34,031 bases of DNA from an uncultured Desulfohalobiaceae bacterium (GTDB lineage Bacteria > Desulfobacterota > Desulfovibrionia > Desulfovibrionales > Desulfothermaceae). The stretch covers positions 1 through 34,031 of the forward strand of contig CAYNCR010000003.1 in NCBI GenBank assembly GCA_964395575.1. Direction: 5' to 3'. Positions 10,303 through 17,671 of the stretch are shown here, one piece after another (the stretch's first letter is position 1; each line of letters begins with the position of its first letter). A program made the translations under genes and the position numbers. A model generated the notes under the pieces. It was not told the DNA's origin, ran no database searches, and was given only the letters and a program-made list of their open reading frames with translations.

Positions 10303-10535
10303 GTAACTATTCAGCACTTTGCCGAACCGTAAGCCGACACGGGGTGTTTTGCCTCATGCAGCTCCGACTCTGGATTTTCTAACGTCCGGCACTCACTCTC
10401 CCAGAACCTTAGAGAATTTGGGCAAGCGTGAAGAAAGTGAGTGCCGGACGAAGAAAATCTGGCATCGTCTCCGCTGAAATGATTCAAAATACCCCGTGTC
10501 GGCTTACAATAGTTAGTGGAGTGGTGAATAGTTAC
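10303..10535. mobile_element. MITE-like nested-palindromic element, copy 1 (233 bp)
   Basis: Terminal inverted repeats are GTAACTATTCAGCAC and GTGGTGAATAGTTAC. A perfect 8-bp direct duplication CTTGAGTG flanks it at 10295-10302 and 10536-10543. Inner inverted-repeat tiers are GTAAGCCGACACGGGGT and CGTCCGGCACTCACT. A second copy lies at 23456-23686. Confidence 0.7.
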
Positions 10536-10650
10536 CTTGAGTGAATCATTTCTTAAAGGGGCCGTTGAAAGTCTTCGGCCCCTCCTTCGTGCCGCGAGCC
10601 GAGGCTCTATCTCCGCTTCGGATGCGAAGACCCCAAAAACAGGAGAACCT

Positions 10651-11940
10651 ATGGCCACAGTGCATTCGCGGCAAAGCGAGGACTTGCTTCTGAAAAATAC
10701 CCTCACCGGCCGCCGCGACCCCTTCAGACAGCGCCACGGAGACGGGGTTCGGCTGTTCACCTGCGGCCCCTCCGTGTATAATCGTCCCCATATCGGCAAC
10801 TATCGCACCTACCTTGTCCAGGACATCCTCCAGCGCTATTTGGAGTACCGTGGGCATCACGTCCTGCGCGTGCTCAACTTCACCGACGTTGAGGACAAGG
10901 CGGTCGACGAGGCCAAGCGGCGCGGCCTGAGCCTGTTCGATCTGACCCGGGACAACGAGGCCATCTTCCTGCACGAGGCGATGCGCCTGGGCATCCGGCT
11001 TCCCGGCATCATCCCCAGATCCTCGACCAGTGTGGACCAGGCGGTGGAGCTGATCCGCATCCTGCTGGACAAGGGACACGCCTATCGCTACCGGGGAAGC
11101 GTATTCTTCGATCCCTTGACCTTGCCGGACTTCGGCAAGCTCTTCGGCCTGGATCTCTCCAAGTGGCCCCAAAAACGGATCCGTTTCTGGCGGGATACTT
11201 ATCCGGGCAAACGCTGGAATCTGGGAGATTTTATCCTCTGGCACGCGGCCAAGCGGGGCGAGCCGGAGGCCTTTGTCTGGGATACCGCCCTTGGGCGGGG
11301 GCGCCCCGCCTGGAACATCCAGGATCCGGCCATGATCAGCCAGCATCTGGGGTACGAGCTGGACATCTGCTGCGGCGGGGTGGACAATCTCTACCGTCAC
11401 CACGACTACAACATTGCGGTCATGGAGGCGGTTTCCGGGAAGGAGCTGGCTCCGTGCTGGCTGCACGGAGAGCACCTGCTGGTTCGCGGGGCCAAGATGT
11501 CCAAGAGCAAGGGCAATATCATCTATCCCGAGGATATGTTCCGGGATGGGGTGAGCCCGCATGAGCTGCGCTTCTATCTGCTGTCCGGGCACTACCGCAA
11601 AACAATGAGCCTGACCGATCGGCGTCTGGAAAGGGCACGGGAGCGATTGGACCGCATCCGGGGCCGCATCCGCCTGCTGCGGGAAGGGGCGAAAGATGCC
11701 GCTCCGGATGCTGATGCGGAAGCCTTTGAAGACGTAAGAAAGATGCGACTGCTGGCGGAGCAATACCTGGATGACGATCTCGATGTGCCGGGAGCTGTGG
11801 AGAGTTTGGAGCGGGATCTGTCCGAGCTCGTCCGGAAGCGGGAGCAAAACAGCCTTTCTTCCGGCGCTTGCGCCCTGGCTCTGAAAGAGCTGGGACGGAT
11901 CGACAGGGTGCTCGGGTTCCTGGGAGCGGCAGATGGATGA
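10651..11940 (+). CDS. cysS: Cysteine--tRNA ligase family protein (divergent active site, lacks C-terminal anticodon-binding domain)
   Basis: ORF 10537..11940, read from ATG 10651 with AGGAGA at 10641-10646. It has the class I aaRS motifs PHIGN and KMSKSKGN and is colinear with E. coli CysRS (CGPSVY, DFILWH, GRPAWNIQDPAM, RHHDYNIA, RFYLLSGHYR, DDDLDVPGA). The symbol is given at family level only; see findings. Confidence 0.75.
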   Translation: MATVHSRQSEDLLLKNTLTGRRDPFRQRHGDGVRLFTCGPSVYNRPHIGNYRTYLVQDILQRYLEYRGHHVLRVLNFTDVEDKAVDEAKRRGLSLFDLTRDNEAIFLHEAMRLGIRLPGIIPRSSTSVDQAVELIRILLDKGHAYRYRGSVFFDPLTLPDFGKLFGLDLSKWPQKRIRFWRDTYPGKRWNLGDFILWHAAKRGEPEAFVWDTALGRGRPAWNIQDPAMISQHLGYELDICCGGVDNLYRHHDYNIAVMEAVSGKELAPCWLHGEHLLVRGAKMSKSKGNIIYPEDMFRDGVSPHELRFYLLSGHYRKTMSLTDRRLERARERLDRIRGRIRLLREGAKDAAPDADAEAFEDVRKMRLLAEQYLDDDLDVPGAVESLERDLSELVRKREQNSLSSGACALALKELGRIDRVLGFLGAADG

Positions 11941-12083
11941 AGGATAGGCCTGCCCTCTTGCTTCACGAGGACGGGATTTGTTCCCGACTGTGCCAATGTG
12001 TTGCCCAATTCCGGTGAATAGGTGTATGCTGATTTCTGATACATGAAATGGTGAAATGAAGTGACCCGGAAAGGAGGAGACCT

Positions 12084-12647
12084 ATGAACAGATGGACTAC
12101 CGTGCTGCTCTCGATGCTCGTTGCCGTGTTTCTTGTCGTCAGCTTTACCTCGGGGGCCTTGGCGCAGGAAAGCAAGGCCTTCCAGGCCAGCCTGACCCCG
12201 AAGATAGCCGTGCATGACCCCGATGTCATGATCGAGGGGGTGTCGCTGGGCATTTGGAGCGAGAACCCGCAGAAGGCCTTCGCTCTCGGTTTCGTGAGCG
12301 GCAGCACCGGCCACAGCAAGGGCTTCAGCTGGTCTTTTCTCGTGAACTATGCAGACAGCTATTCCGGGGTTCACTGGGCGCCGGTCAACTATACCAAGAT
12401 GGATTTCACTGGCTGGCAGAGCGGTATGGTCAACATAACCAAGCAGGGCTTCAAGGGGTTTCAATCCGGATTCGTGAATTATGCCGGCGTAATGACAGGG
12501 CTTCAGCTGGGACTGGTGAACTACGCGAAGACAGCGGACAGCGGGCTGCAGCTCGGGCTGGCGAACGTGATCAGCGAGAACAGGTGGTTCGAGGACTTTC
12601 CCAATTCCCTCGCGCCCGGCTTTGTGATCGCCAACTGGCGCTTCTAG
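12084..12647 (+). CDS. Secreted/outer-membrane repeat protein (G-x-Q-x-G-x-V-N repeats)
   Basis: GGAGGAG RBS. The signal peptide is MNRWTTVLLSMLVAVFLVVSFTSGALA. Repeats include GWQSGMVN, GFQSGFVNY, GLQLGLVNY and GLQLGLANV. The C-terminal residue is Phe (WRF). Confidence 0.6.
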   Translation: MNRWTTVLLSMLVAVFLVVSFTSGALAQESKAFQASLTPKIAVHDPDVMIEGVSLGIWSENPQKAFALGFVSGSTGHSKGFSWSFLVNYADSYSGVHWAPVNYTKMDFTGWQSGMVNITKQGFKGFQSGFVNYAGVMTGLQLGLVNYAKTADSGLQLGLANVISENRWFEDFPNSLAPGFVIANWRF

Positions 12648-12681
12648 ACCCAGGTCGTAAGAAGCGATGCCGCGATAGCCC

Positions 12682-12716
12682 GAAAACCGGAGCGGGGATT
12701 CCCGTTCCGGTTTTTT
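12682..12716. terminator. Bidirectional rho-independent terminator between convergent genes
   Basis: GAAAACCGGA ... TCCGGTTTTTT. The A-run before and the T-run after allow function on both strands. Confidence 0.6.
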
Positions 12717-12746
12717 GAGCTAATGGGACCGTCCTCCGGGCTATCC

Positions 12747-13571
12747 TCACCTGGCGGGCTGCTTGAGAACTTCCTGCATCCATCGGGCCAGGGCCAGGCC
12801 GAAGAGACGGTTGTATCCAGCCTTGCCGCCTAGGCCCTTGGTCCCGAAGAGGAAGTTGATTTCCAGCAAAACGGGCTCCGTGTCCCCTGGAAAGGCGATG
12901 TCGAAGGCCGCCAGGTCGATGCCCGAGGCTCGGGCCGCTTCCACGGCCAGATCCCGGCCCCGCCGCTGCAGCTCGGGATGGGCATCGTGCTCGATTTCGG
13001 CCCCTTGGGCCACATTGTTGTAGAAGCCGTCCACCCCCACGCGGAAGTAGCTGCGCACTTCCCCGCCGACAACGACTACCCGCAGATCCCTGCCCCCGGT
13101 TTCCACCCAGCGCTGCAGAAGGACCGGCTCGTCATGGGGAAGACGCCACAGGCGATCCAGAAGCTGCCACTCGGTGCGCACGGGGAATACTTGGGAACCG
13201 CCGGCACCGCGGTCTCCCTTGAGCACACAGGGGAGCTCCAGGGCGGGGCCGTGTTCCTCCGTATGCCGCTTTGCCTCGGCAGGGTCTTGAAAGAGGCGGG
13301 ATTCCGGATGAGGAAGGCCCAGACGGCGCATGAGCCGGATTTGGTCCGTCTTGCCCCGGTAGTGATACCTGGCCTCGATGCGGGGGAAGATATTCTCTGC
13401 CAGAGAGGCTACCGCACGACAGCGCCCCGGAGAGAAATAGCGGGGCAGGAGCACGCCTGCGGCGCCCCGGATCAACTCTTTGCGCTGGGGAGTCAGCTCC
13501 GCGAGGGCGGGGATGTTCACGTCCAGGCGGATGCGGTGGTGCAGGGAGACGAAGTAGGCGCTGCCTTGCAT
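12747..13571 (-). CDS. ATP-grasp domain protein (RimK-like ligase)
   Basis: 274-aa ORF with ATP-grasp hallmarks: LPCVLKGDRGAGGSQV, LLQRWVE, DLRVVVVGGEV, and AAFDIAF...PVLLEINFLFG. Confidence 0.75.
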   Translation of the reverse strand: MQGSAYFVSLHHRIRLDVNIPALAELTPQRKELIRGAAGVLLPRYFSPGRCRAVASLAENIFPRIEARYHYRGKTDQIRLMRRLGLPHPESRLFQDPAEAKRHTEEHGPALELPCVLKGDRGAGGSQVFPVRTEWQLLDRLWRLPHDEPVLLQRWVETGGRDLRVVVVGGEVRSYFRVGVDGFYNNVAQGAEIEHDAHPELQRRGRDLAVEAARASGIDLAAFDIAFPGDTEPVLLEINFLFGTKGLGGKAGYNRLFGLALARWMQEVLKQPAR

Positions 13572-13689
13572 GACTCGGATATGACGCAGATGGGCGGCAA
13601 GATCAAGGGGTCGCCGCCCTGATAATCGAAACGTCCCTTGTTTCTCTGTGCAGTATTTCCACTGGGCCTATTGCAGCGGCGGGCCTTTT

Positions 13690-14724
13690 TCAGGCGAGCA
13701 TTTCCAAAGCTGCCTGACGGATTTTTCTCAAGGGTATGGATTCCACTACCGCCTCTCCGATGGATTCGAGAAGCACGAATCGGATGCTTTCCCCCTGGCG
13801 TTTCTTATCCTTGCTAAGGGCCTGGAGCATTTCATCGGGATGGGCAGCATCGATTCTGGTGGGCAGATTGAGCCTTTGCAATAGCGTCACAAGCCTTTGC
13901 AGCTCCTTCTCGGCAAGCAGGCCCCTTTGCACGGACAGCAGCCCGGCCAGAACCATCCCCTGGCTGACCGCCTCGCCGTGGGGAGCGGATGTCGTCTTCT
14001 CCACGGCGTGGCCGAAGGTGTGGCCGAAATTGAGCTTACGCCTCTGTCCGGACTCCCTCTCGTCCAGGTTGACAATCCGGGATTTGATGAGAACGGAATC
14101 CGCAACAAGGCGCTCCGTGACCGCCGGATCCAGCTGGAGCGCCCTCGGGGCGTTCTCCTCCAGGAAAGCGAACAGATCCGGGTCCGCGATCGCCCCGTGC
14201 TTGACGATCTCCGCCAGCCCGCAGCCTATGTCCTCTTCGCCCAGGGTGGGAAGCACCCCCAAGTCGCACAGCACAAGCTCAGGCTGACGGAAGAGGCCAA
14301 CCATGTTCTTGTACCCGTCCAGGTTGACCCCGTTCTTGCCGCCCACGCTGGCATCCACCTGGGCCAGGAGAGTAGTGGCGGCAAATCCGAGCTCCACCCC
14401 CCGCAGATAGGTGGAGGCCACGAATCCGGTCAGGTCGCAGACGACTCCTCCTCCTATACCCAGCAGAAATGTGTCGCGGTCTGCCTCCAGATCCAGAAGC
14501 CGTCTATAGAGCCAGCCCGCTGTGTCCAGGGTTTTGACCTCCTCCCCGCAGCCCACGGTTATTACCGGTGCTTGGGGAAAACGGGAGGAGTACAGGTTGG
14601 AGACCGTTTCATCCGTGACAATAATCAGCCGCTCCGCGGGGACATGTTCCGTCAACGCCTCCAGCCGTTCGCCGATCAAGAGCTTGGATTGCCCCGTGCC
14701 TCCGGAAATGAAAAAAGTCTGCAT
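13690..14724 (-). CDS. aroB: 3-dehydroquinate synthase
   Basis: 344 aa. Motifs are GGGVVCDLTGFVASTYLRGV, DASVGGKNGVN and NFGHTFGHAVE. Confidence 0.9.
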   Translation of the reverse strand: MQTFFISGGTGQSKLLIGERLEALTEHVPAERLIIVTDETVSNLYSSRFPQAPVITVGCGEEVKTLDTAGWLYRRLLDLEADRDTFLLGIGGGVVCDLTGFVASTYLRGVELGFAATTLLAQVDASVGGKNGVNLDGYKNMVGLFRQPELVLCDLGVLPTLGEEDIGCGLAEIVKHGAIADPDLFAFLEENAPRALQLDPAVTERLVADSVLIKSRIVNLDERESGQRRKLNFGHTFGHAVEKTTSAPHGEAVSQGMVLAGLLSVQRGLLAEKELQRLVTLLQRLNLPTRIDAAHPDEMLQALSKDKKRQGESIRFVLLESIGEAVVESIPLRKIRQAALEMLA

Positions 14725-14734
14725 GCCGCGTTTC

Positions 14735-15796
14735 CTATGCGGGTTGAGCCAGTTGGCTGCACAGCCTCTCGTGGGCGTATCCGAGCAGGCTTTCCGTGGT
14801 TTCCCAGCTGATGCAGGCGTCGGTTATGGACACCCCGTATTCGAGGTCCGCAGGATCTCCGGTGAACTTCTGTTTCCCCTCGCGGAGGTTGCTCTCCAGC
14901 ATGATCCCGATGAGGGATCCGCCTCCGCAATAGATCTGGTCCAGGACACTCTTGAGCACTGTTCCCTGGGCCTCGTGTTTTTTGTAGGAGTTGGCGTGGG
15001 AACAGTCCACCACAATGGACTGGGGAAGGCCCTTTTCCTCCAGGCTGGAACGTGTTTCCTCCACGTGGATGGGATCGTAGTTGGGTCTGTGTCCGCCCCG
15101 CAGTACCACGTGGCCGGCGGAGTTGCCTTTGGTGTGGACAGTGCAGATGCTTCCCTCCTGGTCGATTCCCAGAAAGGTCTGCGAATCCTGGGCAGCCACC
15201 ATGGCGTTGACAGCGGTGCTCAGGTTCCCCTCCGGATTGTTCTTGAAGCCAACTGGCATGGACAGGCCGCTGGCCATTTGGCGATGGGTCTGGGATTCGG
15301 TGGTCCGGGCTCCTACTGCGCCCCAGCTCACCAGATCGGCAATGTATTGAGGGGTGATGGGATCCAAAAATTCCGTTGCCGCGGGAACGCCCATCTCATT
15401 GATTTTGAGAAGCAGGCGCCGAGCCTTGTACAGCCCGGTTTCCATGTCGCAGCTATCGTCCAGGTGGGGATCGTTGATCAGGCCCTTCCATCCCCCGGTG
15501 GTGCGGGGCTTTTCGAAATAGACCCGCATGACGATGTACATGGTGTCCGCGAACCTGTCGCGCAGATCCTTGAGCCTCTGGGCGTAGTCCAGGGCCGCTT
15601 CTTCGTCGTGGATGGAGCACGGCCCGGAAATGACCAGCAGGCGCCTGTCCTTCTTGTGCACGATGTCCTCTATGGACCGCCGCGCTTCCGCCACGGTGTC
15701 GAGAACCTGCTGGCTTGCCTCCAGTTCCTGTTTAAGGCTTCTTGGTGTAAGCATTGTCTTGTACCCTTGGATTCGCGTGTCGTCTGTGGCGATCAT
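14735..15796 (-). CDS. aroG: 3-deoxy-7-phosphoheptulonate (DAHP) synthase, class I
   Basis: ORF 14735..15832. I prefer ATG 15796 (MIATDDTRIQGY) because AAGGAGG lies 8 nt upstream. The core KDRRLLVISGPCSIHD is colinear with E. coli AroG/F/H. Confidence 0.9.
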   Translation of the reverse strand: MIATDDTRIQGYKTMLTPRSLKQELEASQQVLDTVAEARRSIEDIVHKKDRRLLVISGPCSIHDEEAALDYAQRLKDLRDRFADTMYIVMRVYFEKPRTTGGWKGLINDPHLDDSCDMETGLYKARRLLLKINEMGVPAATEFLDPITPQYIADLVSWGAVGARTTESQTHRQMASGLSMPVGFKNNPEGNLSTAVNAMVAAQDSQTFLGIDQEGSICTVHTKGNSAGHVVLRGGHRPNYDPIHVEETRSSLEEKGLPQSIVVDCSHANSYKKHEAQGTVLKSVLDQIYCGGGSLIGIMLESNLREGKQKFTGDPADLEYGVSITDACISWETTESLLGYAHERLCSQLAQPA

Positions 15797-15836
15797 GCCC
15801 AAAACCTCCTTTTTGTTGAGCCGTTTTTCCAAAATG

Positions 15837-15895
15837 CCGCGTCATTCCGGGCCCCCTGATCCATGCAGGATCCGGAGGGGGCCGAAATGACGCGG
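15837..15895 (-). promoter_or_regulatory. GC-rich 59-nt hairpin in the aroG leader (terminator/attenuator-like)
   Basis: CCGCGTCATT (15837-15846) pairs with AATGACGCGG (15886-15895). Inner CCCCC/GGGGG and GATCC/GGATC pairs are also present. On the minus strand it is followed by CAUUUUGG, about 40 nt before the aroG ATG. Confidence 0.35.
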
Positions 15896-16070
15896 AGCTC
15901 CCTTGTGGCCTCCGTTGCGCACCCCGTATGGGAAGCGAGCCCTTTGGCTCGAGGGCGCTGCAGGAGTGGGTGCTTCTCCTGTCTCTCTTTGTCGGATTTC
16001 ATGGTGCTGTGCCCTTATGCCAATCTCCTTGGCACATTTTCGGTTGCGTTTTTTGTATTGCCCGCAGAGC

Positions 16071-16105
16071 AAAAAAGGCCGTGAGGAAAACCCCCACGGC
16101 CTTTC
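16071..16105 (-). terminator. Rho-independent terminator (minus strand)
   Basis: The stem is AAAGGCCGTG / CACGGCCTTT. The minus-strand transcript ends in a UUUUUU tract. Confidence 0.55.
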
Positions 16106-16106
16106 T

Positions 16107-16154
16107 CAAAAAAGAAGCCGTGGGGACCTTTCGGTCTGCCCACGGCTTCTTTTC
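16107..16154 (-). terminator. Rho-independent terminator (minus strand, possibly bidirectional)
   Basis: The 11-bp stem is AGAAGCCGTGG (16113-16123) / CCACGGCTTCT (16140-16150). It is flanked by an A6 run upstream and a T-run downstream. Confidence 0.6.
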
Positions 16155-16314
16155 CTCGATTTTCTGCGCTGGATTCAATAAAGCCTGGACAGACTGGACC
16201 CCCAATAAAAATAGCTAAAATAAAAGTTCCAGGAGGGCCAGAGGCCTGTCAGGCTTTTTTCAGTCATGGTTTTCCCGCTTTTGGATTGAAAGATGGATAA
16301 CAATTTATTCCAAC

Positions 16315-16340
16315 GGAAAAGCCCTGTCAAGAGACAGGGC
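16315..16340 (-). terminator. Rho-independent terminator (minus strand)
   Basis: GCCCTGTC-AAGA-GACAGGGC, an 8-bp stem. It is followed on the minus strand by UUUUCC. Confidence 0.5.
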
Positions 16341-16498
16341 CATGCTGATTGCGTATTCGATATATTCGCCCGTCTCAGCGGACGTCGCAAAGCGGGAATA
16401 CTCTGTAACGCCGCGGCGCCGCGCCCCTGCGCGAGTCAATTTTTTGCTTCCGGGCCTGGAAGGGGCAATGTGTTGCCCCGAGGCATCCCCAGTGTTTT

Positions 16499-16815
16499 CT
16501 AGTCACCCGAGCCGATGAAAGGCAGCTCCTTGTCCACGCGGAAGTGGACCAGGAACTTTGCCTCGGCGTGGATCCGGTCGTCGTCCGGATAGATCCGCCT
16601 GCGCAGGAGGCGGATCTTCTCCTCGTCGACCTTGGTCAGAAAGAGGCGTTTGCCCTTGTATCACACCCCTGCCTCCAGGAAGAGATAGGCCGCGCGGGGG
16701 TTGGACTTCAGATTGTGACGAGAGAGCCGGTCGCGCATGATCAGGGCGACGGTGCCGTCCTCTACATCTTTTGGGTTTGGAGGGTTGATCAAAGCATCCC
16801 AAAAGCTTACATTGT
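16499..16815 (-). pseudogene. 5'-truncated, nonsense-containing paralogue of the PNPOx-like gene at 17672-18055
   Basis: About 90% nucleotide identity by hand to the 3' 270 nt of the intact gene, in the same frame and with a conserved C-terminus (VDKELPFIGSGD*). There is an in-frame TGA at 16661-16663 where the intact copy has GGA (Gly), and a 12-nt indel. The N-terminal roughly 35 codons are replaced by the vapB region. Confidence 0.7.
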
Positions 16816-16844
16816 CATCATAATGCTTGCATGAGGAGCTTGAT

Positions 16845-17102
16845 ATGCAAATGACAATCCGCGTGCCGGATGAATACAAGGCCCGTATAGAGGAGGTCGC
16901 CTCCAAGACGGGGCTCAAGAAGTCTGATATCGCCAGGCTGGCCATCAGGAGATTCCTGGAGGATTTTGAGACTGGGGAGCAGAGGGAAAAGCCGGAAGCC
17001 GGAGCCAGGGATCTGATAGGAGTGGTGAGTAGCGGAGTGTCTGACTTGGGAACAAACCATCGGGATTATCTTCTGAAGATGATGAGGGGCAAGGATTCGT
17101 GA
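16845..17102 (+). CDS. vapB: Ribbon-helix-helix (CopG/VapB-type) antitoxin
   Basis: 85 aa starting MQMTIRVPDEYKARIEEVASKTGLKKSDIARLAIRRFLED. GAGGAG RBS. Its stop overlaps the toxin start (GTGA). Confidence 0.8.
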   Translation: MQMTIRVPDEYKARIEEVASKTGLKKSDIARLAIRRFLEDFETGEQREKPEAGARDLIGVVSSGVSDLGTNHRDYLLKMMRGKDS

Positions 17103-17506
17103 AAGCGCTGATGGACACAGGACCGTGGGTTGCCCTCATTGACAGCAGTGAAAGAGCGCATTCATCTTGCGTGGAGTGGTTTGCCGCTTTTGAAGGGACT
17201 CTCTATTCGACAGAACCGGTGCTTACCGAAGTTCTCTACCTCCTTAACTTTTCCTTAAAGGCCCAAAAGGCGGCTTTGGAGTATGTGCTCCGCGATATTG
17301 TCACCTTGGTCCCATCCAATGTTCAGACATTGAAGGCGGCGAGATCCCTTATGGAAAAATATTCCGACCTGCCCATGGATTTTGCCGATGCCACCCTTGT
17401 TTGCCTCGCGCATGAATCGGGGATTACGAACATAGTAACTTTGGATCGAAAAGATTTCTCTGTGTACAAGACATTTGACAATCAGGGATTTGTCATCTTT
17501 CCGTGA
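17099..17506 (+). CDS. vapC: PIN-domain ribonuclease toxin
   Basis: 135 aa. The PIN acidic quartet pattern is present (MDTGPW.., TEPVLTEV, DFADATLV, TLDRKDF). There is a 4-nt overlap with the upstream antitoxin gene. Confidence 0.85.
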   Translation: MKALMDTGPWVALIDSSERAHSSCVEWFAAFEGTLYSTEPVLTEVLYLLNFSLKAQKAALEYVLRDIVTLVPSNVQTLKAARSLMEKYSDLPMDFADATLVCLAHESGITNIVTLDRKDFSVYKTFDNQGFVIFP

Positions 17507-17671
17507 TAAAACGGATGGCTGGGTAGCCGTCGCTCTCGAGGCGCAAAAGATTTTTTCCAACGTTCGTATGAATCTTCTGGAAGCAACGCCGCAACAGGAA
17601 ATCAACATTTTATCAGGGGCTGCGAAAACAAAAACCACGTGCACTCGCAACCCCTTTAGCTGGGATTTTCT

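Noticed and set aside
10460-10475. TGGCATCGTCTCCGCT inside MITE copy 1 as an outward-facing sigma-54 promoter for the cysS-like gene.
   Set aside because: The GG-N10-GC spacing fits, but the -12 element is CCGC, not TTGC. The motif is not conserved in copy 2, where the corresponding segment reads CCACTCAGGCTCCGCT.
10311-10799. The 162-aa minus-strand ORF spanning MITE copy 1, and ORF 23013-23459 near copy 2, as element-encoded proteins.
   Set aside because: They are not conserved between the two copies, they run across inverted repeats and into neighbouring genes, and they have no RBS or domain signal.
12747-15796. DAHP synthase + DHQ-synthase-like + ATP-grasp as a mycosporine-like/sunscreen-type cluster.
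   Set aside because: The DHQS homologue has canonical AroB length and motifs (NFGHTFGHAVE, 344 aa). No O-methyltransferase is present. The ATP-grasp protein is a short RimK-like type. This is ordinary shikimate entry steps plus an unrelated ligase.
16030-16047. TTGGCACATTTTCGGTTGC as a sigma-54 promoter.
   Set aside because: The GG-to-GC spacing is 13 nt instead of the required 10, and no downstream gene lies in that orientation.
16661-16663. The in-frame TGA in the PNPOx-like copy as a selenocysteine codon. A 10-bp perfect hairpin, AGATCCGCCT/AGGCGGATCT, lies downstream on the mRNA.
   Set aside because: The intact paralogue has Gly, not Cys, at this position. The hairpin starts about 45 nt after the UGA, which is too far for a bacterial SECIS. 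The copy also lacks its own 5' end and start codon. I interpret it as a nonsense mutation in a pseudogene.
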